A stretch of 63,217 nucleotides of DNA, counting the filler, from Octopus bimaculoides (Eukaryota), in the NCBI RefSeq assembly GCF_001194135.2. It is 6 parts of 6 records of this genome, joined end to end, with 100 filler letters (N's around TTAATTAATTAA, not from the genome) between each part and the next. Parts side by side here need not be neighbours in the genome. Positions count along the whole stretch, not along the records: positions 37,379 to 44,778 come from NC_069008.1; positions 44,879 to 58,608 come from NC_068998.1; 4 more parts are not named here. One strand, given 5' to 3'. Each line of letters starts with the position of its first letter. Position 1 is the first letter of the stretch. This document shows positions 37,415 through 51,041 of this stretch, piece by piece. The translations under genes and the position numbers were made by a program. The notes under the pieces are model-generated. The model had not been told where the DNA came from. It was given only the letters and a program-made list of their open reading frames with translations, and made no database searches.

Positions 37415-40400
37415 CACCAGTTAATGTTTAATTTATTGATTTCACTTATCCTTATATTATATAACAGGTCTTCATCATATTTGTTTACTGCTCAGCTTTT
37501 CAACCAAACAGATTGTAGGATGTTAACTTCTCCATTTAATTCGTATTGTTTATCACACCCTTTTAACCCCTTCTCATTATCATTTATTTTTTAAATTTTT
37601 GTCATTTTTGCCATTTACGATTGCACTTTTGCTGTTGTTTTATGCAAGTATTAATTGTCTGATTGGAACAGTTTCTTAATGTTGCCCTACATACACAATT
37701 TGAAAACATTGTTTCATAGTGAAACTAGAACCCATTTAGCTTTTTAAGAAGATTTAGTCAACTAAATATACACTAAAATCCAGAAACAGAAGAAATGGTT
37801 ATGTCCTGTGTCAGCAAGAATTAATCCATATGAGAATTTGTTGGAAATTTAGTATGTTAATATGTTGTGAAGAGTGAAACAATCTTATGCTACAGATTCT
37901 TGCCTTTAATCCAAGGGAAATTATATATAGAAATATTGAAGACTTGGTCACAAAATTTGATAAACTGTATTACCACTATAACAGAATTTAGAATCTTAAA
38001 TCTGCCAAGTGTTATTTGGACCCCTCACTCACCATACCTTTGAACTTCAATTTCTATCAACTACTCCACATCGTACCTCTGTCATGGTATAACTATGACC
38101 CATGGGACTCTCTGAATATCATGCCTAATGAAAAATTGCCTTTTTTAGTAACATGGTCCACCTGATAATGAGCCATGTCTCATGTGGCCTGCTTCTTGGA
38201 AAGGGTTGCCTATGTCTGTTCTCTCCCCGGAATGTAATATTCAAAATATAGTATTTATCACAAAATGATATCCATGACTGTTTAAAATTCAAAATTTCAA
38301 ATGTTTAAATAGAGTAGTTTTTAAAAAAAATTTTGAATCTATTTTTTAAAAAAACATTAATAATATTAGAGACAAATCTTCTATTGGACAGGATGTTTGT
38401 CTATCGTAAGTTGTTTCTCTGGTGAGCAGGTATCTACTTTCCAGATGCAGTTTATTGCAGAATATAATTCTGTAGCTAAAAATGTTGACATTTTTAATAA
38501 AACAACCCTTTAGGTACTCTTCTGTAGCATCTGAAAATTTATTAATTAATAAACAATGCCTATGTATTATATAATTTGAATAAAAGTTAATAAATTAATT
38601 GATAATATAAAACCTGTATGTTAAAAGATATTCAGTTGTTATTTAAATATTATTGATAGTCACAAGTCTAAATAATTTTGTGTCACATAAGTTTATGTAC
38701 TTACTGTATGTATCTTTATACTATATACTATTGAAATCTTCTTACTAGGTACAAACAAGGTTTTTTTTTTTCAGTTTCGTTGCATGAATGAACTGCAATA
38801 TATTAATGGTACTTAATGGCTCCAGTGTTGAAAGACAATCTAGAATTTTATTGTTTCAGCCATAGTCATTGCTCTTTTATTAATATTAATTTCTTATTAG
38901 GTACATATTCAGTATTTGTAGGGGGAGAAAGAGAGTGTCGTCGATTAAATTGACTCTCTAGTGTATTAATGGTACTTGATTTATTAACTGTAGAGAAATG
39001 CAAACTAGAGTTGATCTCTGGCAAGATTTTAACTCAAAACTTTAAGGAAGAAAGTAAATACTACAAGGTATTTATTTCAGTGCTCAACTGTTTCTGCCAG
39101 TGGGTTGTTCTTTTTCTTATCATATTGATTTCTAGCATAGGCATATGGTGTCCCATTTGGGGAATGGCTTTAGTTAATCAATTGACTGGATGTTTATTTC
39201 TCATTATATTGATATCTTTAATGAAGGCTTTATCTGTTAACTATTCATATCAATTTGGACAGCCACAAGAAATTATTATCTTTGTAACTATTTTTGAAAG
39301 TGTTTTTTAATGTTTTTATTCTGTTGTTTATATGAAATCAGTTTGTATGTTAGTTGCTTTTTTGAAGAGAAAAAGGTTATTTATTTATTTATTTTTACAA
39401 TACTTTTCATGATCTTTTGCTTTATTTAAATGTTGCCTTTTGGATGTGTCTGTAACTTGTAATATTAAATAGTTTAGTGAATGCAATTTCATATCAAATT
39501 ACATCTATAATATGGTTGATTTTAAGGATTTATTGGAGTTGTTATATTTATTTTTTACATGGGTGATGAAAAGGATGGGAAAATTTTTCATTTATAAGAG
39601 AGAGGAAAATAAACTACAATGTTGATGCCATAAATTATGATGTTGTTGCTATAAAGTACAATGTTGATGCCATAAATTACGATGTTTTCTGACAATATTA
39701 AATAGGTAAGTGCAGTGAAATGGCTTCTATCAGGAAATAAAATCAAGCCAAAAAAGCTAGCAAGTGAGTCTATATATACTCACTCAACTTTCTAGAAATC
39801 AAAAGCACATCGCCATCAGATCATCTTAAAACATTGGAAGGATATAGTTAACAATGTAGATGTGGTTATACTATGTATGAGAAAAATGGGATTGTCATGG
39901 CTAGAATTCCTTTGTTGTTCATCAATACTAGCCTTAGGCTAAACCACAGATCTTCACTGGGAGCTTACTTCTACTATCAAATGTCAGAAGTATTATACTA
40001 ATATGAAATACCATTTTTGCAAATTTGATACCTTAGTTCTATCAGTTTAACAATATTTAGTTAACAAGCAGCTGCAATACTTCATCTAGATGAGATTTGG
40101 TGGATATTCTCTATTGAACAAACTAATTCATTAATATTGCCTCCTCTAACTGCTGTTAGTAATATATTTGTATTTTTTAATGTTTCTGAAATATTTGGGT
40201 TTGATATTATTAGCTGCTAGAGTTACTGTGTTAAACATTGGTGAATTAAACAGAGCTACAAATTCACTGAATTCATACTTGCCTTGAATTGTAAAAATTA
40301 TTGCAAAGGCAATCTTTTAATATTATTGATTATAGTTGTTGGATTTGGATACATTTTGAGCTTCAACTGTATAAATTTTAATTTATGAAACAGTATACAA

Positions 40401-42669
40401 GAAACCTTTTGTCTGTTTGAAAGGCAATCTCACTCAAACTGTGCAATAATTGCTCATAATAAATTCATTAGGATCTACTATTTGAATGGCTCTTCATTTG
40501 TAGTTGTGTGGCAATTTCTTACTGGGTTTTGAAATATATTCCAGCAAGCAGCAATTGAATAAATGAAAGCATAAAACAAAATAAGGGAAATCTCTCTTGT
40601 ATAGTTTCCTATTCAGTGTATGAACAATTACCAGAGTTCAGCAATGGTAATCTAATTTATGGAAAATTAGTTATTCTAATTAATTGATTGCATTATTCAT
40701 TGATTATTTGTCAAATCATATTGCTATTATTATTACTTATAAAACATCAGTTCTTCTAAAAGATGCTATTATTGATTTGTTATTGGTTTAAGTGACTTGG
40801 TGCATGTAGTAGAAGATTGATCAAGTTTCATTTCGTAATTTAATATAGTGGTTTCTCTATGCTGGAGTTAGATTCTGTTAAATCTTACATTATCATTGGT
40901 TTTCCTATTCATTGGTCTGTGGTCAGTAAAATAATTGCCAGTAAAATAAGTCTGATACCGAGGCTGATCTTACTGAGTAGAGGAAAAAGTAAAACATTTT
41001 GTTAGTCTAATTATTTAATTCATAATTGCAATAATTGATAATTATATGAAAGAATCTAGAATATCTTTGTTCTTAGTACCTATTAAACTTCAGCTGTTGA
41101 ATAAAACCCTTCTCTTTAAATTCTTTAAATTTTCAAGATATTTATCTTTTCATTGTATTTTGCGCATTTTTCACTTGAAGAACATTTTGAAATAATCGAG
41201 TTATATATAGTAAATGTTATGTTCAGATTGTGAAAGTAATTCTTTATTGGATTAATAGAAATATTATTCAGATTATTTTGTTTTTATATGCAATATTGGT
41301 TTCTAATTTTTCAAGGAAATTACCTCAAATTCCCTTGGTGAAAAAAAAAAATGTTATAATTAGAATCAATAATCCCAAAATGTCTCTAAAGAAATATGAA
41401 AATTCTGATAATGTTTCTAGATTATAAAAATTTTTATACTAGAAATCTAGTGGATTCTGAAAATCATTGTACATTTCAATGATTTTCTGTTTGTTACTTG
41501 GCTTAAGGAAGAGAGCAGAGCACAGCTTTTCTAGGAGTTTGTATTCAAATTAATCTTCTGATATAATTGATAACTTTTAGGAAAGTATGGACAAGGAGGA
41601 CATATTTAAAGAGCTGTATTTCTATGGAAGAAGGACTGGAGAAATATTAATAATGGTAGTAGTGAGATAGTTGTTGTGAACATGGTAAGGATGATGATGA
41701 TTGGCAGAGAGACTGGTACATCAAGTGGATTTGGGCAGTGGATGGCACAGAGCTTGCTGGTTCAAGGGAATAGACATTTCTGTAGTAACAGAAAAGACAC
41801 AGACAACAATACAATATGAGTGCTAGTGTTTATATCACGTTGGTAAAAAAATGTTAACCACTCATTCTCAGACCTTTTCTGAAATATAATCCAAAATAAT
41901 TGTGTATAGGATCTTTTGCTGTACTCTAATGTAGATTACACTTGTGCTTTATAAAGGTTGTCCAAAATTGAAATATTTTCCCTGCTCAAAAAGGAATTCT
42001 AGCTTTCAGAATGCAAATTTAATCATTTTAGTTATTATTTTGATGAGAAGTCATAGAAAATAGTGAGGTTTATTTGAAAAAAGAAAACAATGCAAAGATT
42101 TTCTTTTACTGACTGTCAGTTATGAATACGGAGGTCGACTTATTCTCATTAGACGCTGTTTCCAAGATCTCTGCAGATAAAGTGGTGTGTATTGAGTAGG
42201 AGATGTCTAAGTTGTGTGTGGAATGATTTTTTGCTTTGGTTAGAAGCACTCGTGGAAATGTATTTTGTGCAGTGATAAAAATATCACATAAGCATACATT
42301 GGAATAAATGAAATATGGCTTGGCAAAAGGTTTAGAGACACACATTGTGATGCAGTAGTTTGACAAGAGGATGGATGAGTGGAAGACATAAGTGGGTAAG
42401 CATTAATAAATAGTGGTTAAGCATTCAAAAATAGTTCAAGGTTTTGTTGATGTTGAGCAACAATATCGTTTTCACCAAAGTTCTCCAGAACAAAGAGTAC
42501 TGCAATGTGATGTAGGAAAGCATGTCTTGCTGTAAGTTGGAGTAGAGACTTAGGGAAAAAGAAAGTCGAGGCTCTGCATGCATCAGTTGTCTCTGATAAA
42601 ATGGATATGTAAAATGTGTGTACATTTCATATTTCTAAATATATACTGGAACAATGTCAATAATATAAA

Positions 42670-43652
42670 GAGTCCCATAAATTATTTTTCAAAATATTTT
42701 GGTATATCTCTGCATTCATTCTACCATCTATCACATGTAAATTGTCAGTGCCATTTGCAGACAAACACCCCTACACAATGATGTTGCCACCTCCAAACTT
42801 TATGCAAATTTTGTCCAAACAATTCAATTTCGACTCGTCTGTCCAAAGAACATTTTCCCAGAATGTATCAGATTTATCTTTATGTTCAAAAACAAATTTT
42901 AAATGGGCATCTCTATGCCTTTTAGTCAACAGCGGAGTTTTTCTAGGAGAGCATGACTTCAGTTAATTCCTATGAAGTTCATTGCTGATTGTTCATAGTG
43001 TAACACTAGTCCCTGAAGCTAACAAATCTTCTTGCAACTCCTTTCTGGTGATCATTGCGTTTTTTTCGATACTTCTCTTCATTTTTCTTAAAGATCTAGG
43101 GGAAATCTTGCATGGTGCACCAGATCTTATTCTGTTTTCAACAGTTCCCGATTTTTTATATCTTTGAATAAATGAAGATTTGGTAGAAAATGGAATACAA
43201 AGGGTCTCTGATATTTTCCTGTAACTTTTACCTACTTTCCACTGTTCAATAATTAAGTTTTTCACTTAATTTGTGAGTTCTTTATTTTTGCCATTATTAC
43301 GACACTACTTTATGTTGTCTCAGTGCTGAATGAAGAAGCTAGCGTTTTGACACTTAAAAATGACCACTGATAAGATTATTGGAACAAACGAGAAAGTTTT
43401 AGTAAAAAAAAAATAATTTTAACAGTATTTTGTGGCATAGAAACTCATAAATTTATTCTGTGCGAATACTTTTTTCACCCCTAAATATTTATAATTGTAT
43501 ATAAATTCATTAGTTTCTATAATTTATTAGTTTCTTTTGAATATTCTTAGTTTATGCATGTGTATGCAAATATAGTATTGGTATATCCCATTTATGTTCA
43601 TTAGAAATTAAATAAAGAATTTTGATATGTACGAATATTTATTTCTCCCCAC

Positions 43653-43654
<2 letters not shown>
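42670..43654 (-). mobile_element. 3'-truncated Tc1-family DNA transposon
   Basis: Terminus CAGTGGGGAGAAATAAATATTCGTAC beside (TA)n; ATG at 43294; GKSYRKISETL, RSGAPCKISPRSLR, FWENVLWTDESK, KFGGGNIIV*GC. Confidence 0.9.
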
Positions 43655-43719
<65 letters not shown>

Positions 43720-45411
43720 GTGTGTGTGTGTGTGTGTATAAGGGATGACCACTAGGTGGACATCCAATATGCTAGAAAGAGGTCATCAACAATCCAACCA
43801 CAGAAAAATAATGTTCTCCAGAAAAATTTCGCAAAAATGCAAGAACAGGAAAAAATGAGAAATATACAAAATAAAGAATTACCTATGGACTGCAGTTTCA
43901 AACCTTAACGTTATACTTATGTAATAACATCCATGTTCTCATCAACATAGATGTTCTAGAATCAATATAATTTGCAGAACTATACACAAATTGTCTTCAT
44001 GAAACAAGACTTGCATATAGTTCTACCAATTACATTGGGACTAGTTTTTATTAGGCCACTTGGTTTTAAATCGAATTAATATTCGATTTATCACCCTATC
44101 TATATAAATAATACTTTAAATNNNNNNNNNNACATTGGGACTAGTTTTTATTAGGCCACTTGGTTTTAAATCGAATTAATATTCGATTTATCACCCTATC
44201 TATATAAATAATACTTTAAATAGTTATGTTCTCCAGCTGGCAACATATACTGCAGTGAATTATTCACTGCAGAATTTTTTCCGGAACTTTGCGTGCCAGA
44301 GCTGAGGCATTTTGAAAAATAGCCCCAATGTAACTGTTGACTATTTTGGTGTGCATGTACAGCCATCTGTGTATGTGCGAGGAGATAGATATATATGTGT
44401 ATGTCCCCCTCAAATGTGATGACAGTGACTGTTGACTATTTTGGTGTGCATGTACAGCCATCTGTGTATGTGCATCTGGGCACACATATGTACTCATCAT
44501 TCTATGCTTTTGTATCCATAGATATCTACGTATGGTTATGTATACAGGCATAGGCATGTATATTGGAGTGTTTATAACTTTATATGGTTTTATATATTGT
44601 TTGTAGGCTTTTTTATGTGCCTTATATTTTTATATTTTCATTTTTTATTTTTTTAACTTTATTCTTATGTTATATTTGTATTTAATTTTGTAAATCTCTG
44701 AAGAATCCTAGCGAATCATGCATGTACCCCCATTACATCATTTTCATCTACTAATTACTCCAGCGTACGGGAGCTATANNNNNNNNNNNNNNNNNNNNNN
44801 NNNNNNNNNNNNNNNNNNNNNNTTAATTAATTAANNNNNNNNNNNNNNNNNNNNNNNNNNNNNNNNNNNNNNNNNNNNTATATATATATATATATATATA
44901 TATATAGATAGATAGATATACATGCATGTATATATATATATGCATATATATATATATGCATATATATATATATGCATATAAATATATATATATATATATG
45001 CATATATATGTGCATGAATATGTATATATGTATGTGTGCACATATACATGTTTATCTCTTTGTGTAGGTTCGAACGTTTTCTGACTCCAAAATATGATTA
45101 TGCGATTGAGAGCTTGTGTATGACTGTGTGTGCGTGTGTGTGTGTGTGTGTGTGTACATGTGAGCACATTGCATTCATGTCCCAAAAGTTTCTGTTCGAG
45201 TGTTTGCGTGAATTGCATATGTCCAACAGAGAGAGAGAGAAAGAGAAAGAGAAAGATAGACAAAGTGTCAGTAAGTAACGTGTGTATGTGTGGTGGGGTG
45301 GGGAGGCATCGGAGATTTGTTTTTGACAATTTGTTGCACACTGCACACACATATTCTGAATGTATGTAAAAGTAGATTTATGAGGTTATTTGTGTCTGTA
45401 TGTCTGTAAAG

Positions 45412-45486
<75 letters not shown>

Positions 45487-46273
45487 TCTGGCTGCATTTC
45501 TAAAAAGTGCATATAAATGTTTTAAATTATCATTGTTGTTGTTTAGACTCAGATTAGTCCTGATTGAACAGATTCATGATCAAACGCATTCCAGTCACCT
45601 TATCTCATTAAGACAGGTGTATTTAAGATTACATTATCTGCCGTGGTCATTTTTTTGTTTAAAATGGCAAAGTTTGCTTTGAAGGAAATTTCGTTGCTAA
45701 TTCTAACAAGTTACAAGTCTTCATAGAGTCTCCTTTTTAGTTTCAATTCACTCATGAATTAAATTAGGCCATTTCTTCTATGTACCAATCAAAAGAATTA
45801 CATAATACTTTGGGAACAAAAAATTTCAAGCAAGGGTACAGTCATTATACAGCCATCTTCAGATTTAGAAAGGAAAATAATTCCTACATGATCATCTTGG
45901 GTCTGAAGGGGAAAGAAATCAACATTTCAAAAACATTAGGTTCTGTTATCAAAACTGCAACTCACTTCTGCCTCTCCTCAAAATATAACAATCATATGCT
46001 GTCATATGAGATGCTGATCAATAAAATTAGGTCTGGTAGCAAGATGTAGATATTATAAACGTTGCTGTTAAATAAATCTCTCCCAATTATAAACTGGATA
46101 TTTTTCATGGGTTGTAGAACCCACGAATGTCAAACACCATTTTTGCAACAATGGACGTAATAGTCTTTACTATGTTTTTGCACTATTAAAACACTGATCC
46201 ACAATACAAGTACCAATGGAATCAAATAATCTTCTAGATTGTACCTGCTAGTAAGTCGATGACATGTTCAAAA

Positions 46274-46422
46274 TACATTATTTACATTTGACAGATATTT
46301 GTCCTCATCTTGTTTGTTGTTGATACAATGTTTCGGCTGATATACCCTCCAGCCTTCTTCAGGTGTCTTGAGGAAATTTCAAACCGGGGTTCTATTTCCT
46401 GAGGTATTTTTCAATGTCATTA

Positions 46423-46466
<44 letters not shown>

Positions 46467-46712
46467 GTTCAGGTCACTGCCTGGAATTGAACTTGGAATC
46501 TTGGGGTTAATAGCCTGCACTCAACCACTATGCCATATGCTCACGGACATAGTTGTTAAGAGTGCAAGCTACTGACCCTAAGATTCTGAGTTCGATTCCA
46601 GGCAGTGAGGGTATATCAGCTGAAACATGTTAACAATAAACAAGATGAGAACAAATATCCGTCAAATGTAAATAATGTACATAATTCCTCATCTCTTAAA
46701 TATAGAACTGTA
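46274..46712. mobile_element. Head-to-head dimer of tRNA-headed SINE family F with hammerhead-like body
   Basis: Inverted tRNA-like heads at 46474-46540 (-) and 46545-46608 (+), B box GAGTTCGATTCC at 46588; hammerhead-like motif at 46322-46367 (-). Confidence 0.8.
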
Positions 46713-47001
46713 TTATATTCAGAATAGGTGATAATTTTTACCACACCCTTGCATTGAACCAAGTATTGACCAACAGCAAAAATATTTGTAAGTTGATGGA
46801 GTCTTGCAACTTTTAAAAAATTAAGATTTTCCACCAGGAACTACAAAGGCCAGAACTGAAATTTGTCATATATTTTGGTAAGGGCTCACTGACAACTTTT
46901 TGTTTTTTTGATTGAAGGTTACCTGTCCAGAGACCAGGCAAATGATATACATCGATATGAATATAAGCAGATGCACACACATACATAAAGACACTCTCTC
47001 T

Positions 47002-47058
<57 letters not shown>

Positions 47059-47613
47059 CCCTCACTCACCATATTGCAACATGGAAATATTTAAACTTAT
47101 CTAAGTTGGTGACTCAATGACTGATTTATAAAAGTTGTCGATATGCATATAAACATGTTTACCCCCCCCCCCATCTCATTCTCTGTTTTTATACATTTTA
47201 TGTGTGTGTGTGTGACGTTATTATTTCCATGTCGTATAAAACTGACTCAAAACAGAAACTATGTTTTTATACACGATACTTTTTATATTTCACATGAAAC
47301 AGAATTTCTACAAAGTTACCAAATACAAATTAGTGGTTGATATCAGAGAGTCTCTGGTGAACAATTAAATTTGCTACAAAATAAAGGCATCTGCATAAAT
47401 CTAGAAAAATGCCAAATTATATATGATCAGATAAAGAAAGACACTTACTCAGCAAAAGTTAGATGTATGTGGACAAACAAAATGTGAATGCTAATATATA
47501 TGATAGTAAAAAGTATCAAACTAACTTAAGCGAATACAGCAGAATTTAGTTCGTAAAGTGTTTAAGAGTTTGGCTTGAAATGTTCAAGTAAAACAGAGTT
47601 TGTTTTTAACAAT

Positions 47614-47997
47614 GTTGTTGGCACTCCGTCGCTTACGATGTCGAGGGTTCCAGTTGATCCGATCAATGGAACAGCCTGCTCGTGAAATTAACGTGCAAGT
47701 GGCTGAGCACTCCACAGACACATGTACCCTTAACGTAGTTCTCGGGGATATTCAGCGTGACACAGTGTGACAAGGCTGACCCTTTGAATTACAGGCACAA
47801 CAGAAACAGGAAGTAAGAGTGAGAGAAAGTTGTGGTGAAAGAGTACAGCAGGGTACGCCACTATCCCCTGCCGGAGCCTCGTGGAACTTAAAGTGTTTGC
47901 GCTCAATAAACACTCACGACGCCTGGTCTGGGAATCGAAACCACGATCCTATGACTGCGAGTCCGCTGCCCTAACCACAGGGCCATTGCGCCTCCAC
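47614..47997 (-). mobile_element. Complete tRNA-derived SINE with a perfect 12-bp TSD
   Basis: Head GGAGGCGCAATGGCCCTGTGGTTAGGGC...GGTTTCGATTCCC; TSD GTTTTTAACAAT at 47602-47613 and 47998-48009. Confidence 0.9.
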
Positions 47998-48254
47998 GTT
48001 TTTAACAATACAAAAAAAGTAAATGATAAATAAAATAAATAAAATCTTGATAAATGATCCTTTTTTAATGAAGCAGGTAGAAGTTAGGAAAGTGTATGCA
48101 TTTACAAGTAAATAACTATCTTTCAGATCATTTCACTGTTCGATGTTAACTGATGGGATGTCACTGTTATTTTCATTTTTGCGTAATGTACACAACAGTT
48201 TATTCACCGTACCCTGTGTATGGGTGTGTGGGTGTATCTATAAAGAGTAAAAAT

Positions 48255-48525
48255 TTTCTTCGGTCATGAATGATCATGGGATTGCGTCTAGAAAGTTTCC
48301 CTCCAAAGCACAAGTCCAGGCAAGTTTGTTTATGGAAGACCAGCAGTCACCCATGGATACCAGCCTCCCCACTCCATGCCAGTGATGTTATCCAAAGGAA
48401 AGACGAATCTTGATATAGCTTGGCACCAGTGATGTCGCAACTCATTTCTACAGCTGAGTGAACTGGAGCAACATGAAATAAAGTGTCTTGCTCAAGAACA
48501 CAACACCTTGCTTCGTCCAGGAATC
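48255..48525 (-). mobile_element. SINE (same head family as 9625-9757)
   Basis: rc of GTTCTTGAGCAAGACACTTTATTTCATGTTGCTCCAGTTCACTCAGCTG. Confidence 0.7.
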
Positions 48526-49323
48526 CAACTCATTACACATATATATATATATATTTGTGTGTGTGTGTTTGTACAGCCATGATTGATTGCTAAATCCACA
48601 AGTTTTTTATTCTTTGTCTATTTATTTCCTTATATTCCTCTCTGTTGAAGAGCAAAGGCTCGAAACGTAAAAGACATTCCCCCTTTCCCAAGCATCAAAC
48701 TAATACACCAGCTTGTTGTTTATACACCTCTCTTATTTTGTTTTTCTTTAAATTTCAATATATATATATAATAATAATTATATATNNNNNNNNNNNNNNN
48801 NNNNNNNNNNNNNNNNNNNNNNNNNNNNNNNNNNNNNNNNNNNNNNNNNNNNNNNNNNNNNNNNNNNNNNNNNNNNNNNNNNNNNNNNNNNNNNNNNNNN
48901 NNNNNNNNNNNNNNNNNNNNNNNNNNNNNNNNNNNNNNNNNNNNNNNNNNNNNNNNNNNNNNNNNNNNNNNNNNNNNNNNNNNNNNNNNNNNNNNNNNNN
49001 NNNNNNNNNNNNNNNNNNNNNNNNNNNNNNNNNNNNNNNNNNNNNNNNNNNNNNNNNNNNNNNNNNNNNNNNNNNNNNNNNNNNNNNNNNNNNNNNNNNN
49101 NNNNNNNNNNNNNNNNNNNNNNNNNNNNNNNNNNNNNNNNNNNNNNNNNNNNNNNNNNNNNNNNNNNNNNNNNNNNNNNNNNNNNNNNNNNNNNNNNNNN
49201 NNNNNNNNNNNNNNNNNNNNNNNNNNNNNNNNNNNNNNNNNNNNNNNNNNNNNNNNNNNNNNNNNNNNNNNNNNNNNNNNNNNNNNNNNNNNNNNNNNNN
49301 NNNNNNNNNNNNNNNNNNNNNNN

Positions 49324-49369
<46 letters not shown>

Positions 49370-50462
49370 CATGTACAGCATTAGTTATGCAATGCTTGCC
49401 TCTCTACTCCACTGCTTCAGCATGCATTCATAAAAATCAATTTGGAAAATGAGAATGGGAAGATTCCACTGGTTTGGCCTTCAACAGGTCAGACGAGCCT
49501 ATTACATTGATATCGGCCAAAGATAATGGAAAACAATGTCAGAGCTTGTTAGCTTTGAACTGAACAATATTCCTTAAAGGAAATGTTAGTGTAGCACAAG
49601 AAAACCTGGTCTAACAGGCTACAGAATGCAAGGGGAGAGGAGGGGTGTGTAGGAGAAAGGAAAGAGAAGAAAATAATCAATTTACAAACTGAGTGAGCAA
49701 TGTTATTTGTAGGTGCACTCATCGAATGCACCACAGGAAGCTTGATGGGCTTAGATAACCGAGAAAAAGTGTGTGAGACATAGAGAGTAGAAAGAGAGTG
49801 AGAGAGAGAGAGACAGAGAANNNNNNNNNNTAGAACTGCCCTATATATACATGTGTGTGTATGTATGTCAGTATGTATGTACATGTGTGTCCATATGTAA
49901 ATATACATGCACATATATATATTTATTTAAGTATATCCTTATTTACACACACACACACACACAGACATACATACATACATACATAGATTTATACACACAT
50001 AGATACATATATAGATATGTGTATGTGTAAAACAAATCAGTCAAATTGGCAAACTTGTCAGAGTATCACATAGATAACTTTGCAGTAAATGTTGTAGCTC
50101 CCTGTACTCTGAGTTCAAATCCTGCTTAAGTCAAATTTACTTTACAACCTCTTGCATGTATGTGCGTGTGTGTGTGGGGGGGGGCACAATGAAATATTAT
50201 ATCGGTCAAGCACTGGTATTGTCTCTTCTTTCATTGTAGTTCTTCTGTCTTTTTCTTTCTCTTCTAGAAGAATTTGACTATAGTTAAACATAGATAAAAA
50301 TGGGGTTGGCCAAATTTAAATTACTCAAGCTCGTCTATGTGCTGTGCCTCATCTCATGTTGCTCTACCTTTAGTTTGACACCTGATGCATGATACACAGT
50401 GCACATGTTCAGACGACGTCGATTTGATGGAGAGAATGCACTGATGTGCAGCACATACATTT

Positions 50463-50640
50463 ACTCTCTCATTTTACTTTTACTTGTTTCAGTCATTTGA
50501 CTGCGGCGATGCTGGAGCAACGCCTTTAGTCGAGTAAATCGACCCCAGGACTTAATCTTTGTAAGCCTAGTACTTATTCTATCAGTCTCTTTTTGCTGAA
50601 CCACTAAGTTACGGGGACGTGGGGGGGGGGACAAAGAGAC
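50463..50640 (-). mobile_element. SINE family B, 3' half
   Basis: Family B tail; followed by a gap. Confidence 0.8.
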
Positions 50641-50642
50641 AT

Positions 50643-50673
<31 letters not shown>

Positions 50674-51002
50674 NNNNNNNNNNNNNNNNNNNNNNNNNNN
50701 NNNNNNNNNNNNNNNNNNNNNNNNNNNNNNNNNNNNNNNNNNNNNNNNNNNNNNNNNNNNNNNNNNNNNNNNNNNNNNNNNNNNNNNNNNNNNNNNNNNN
50801 NNNNNNNNNNNNNNNNNNNNNNNNNNNNNNNNNNNNNNNNNNNNNNNNNNNNNNNNNNNNNNNNNNNNNNNNNNNNNNNNNNNNNNNNNNNNNNNNNNNN
50901 NNNNNNNNNNNNNNNNNNNNNNNNNNNNNNNNNNNNNNNNNNNNNNNCACTATAAACATCAAATATTTGAGGGGCCATGTCAAGACATATGAATGTGTGA
51001 AT

Positions 51003-51041
<39 letters not shown>

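Noticed and set aside
44031-44222. Exact ~90-bp duplication across a 10-N gap (similar cases at 6700-6807 and 59362-59497)
   Set aside because: Scaffolding overlap artefact.
44330-44475. Two copies of a ~46-bp unit spaced 94 bp apart (could mimic a CRISPR repeat)
   Set aside because: Only two units in eukaryotic DNA; a local tandem duplication.
44697-44735. CTGAAGAATCCTAGCGAATCATG hammerhead-like string
   Set aside because: No stem II pairing and GAAA is absent.
46545-46608. tRNA-like sequences (also 5785, 6617, 47920-47997)
   Set aside because: They are SINE heads with no complete cloverleaf acceptor stem, not tRNA genes.
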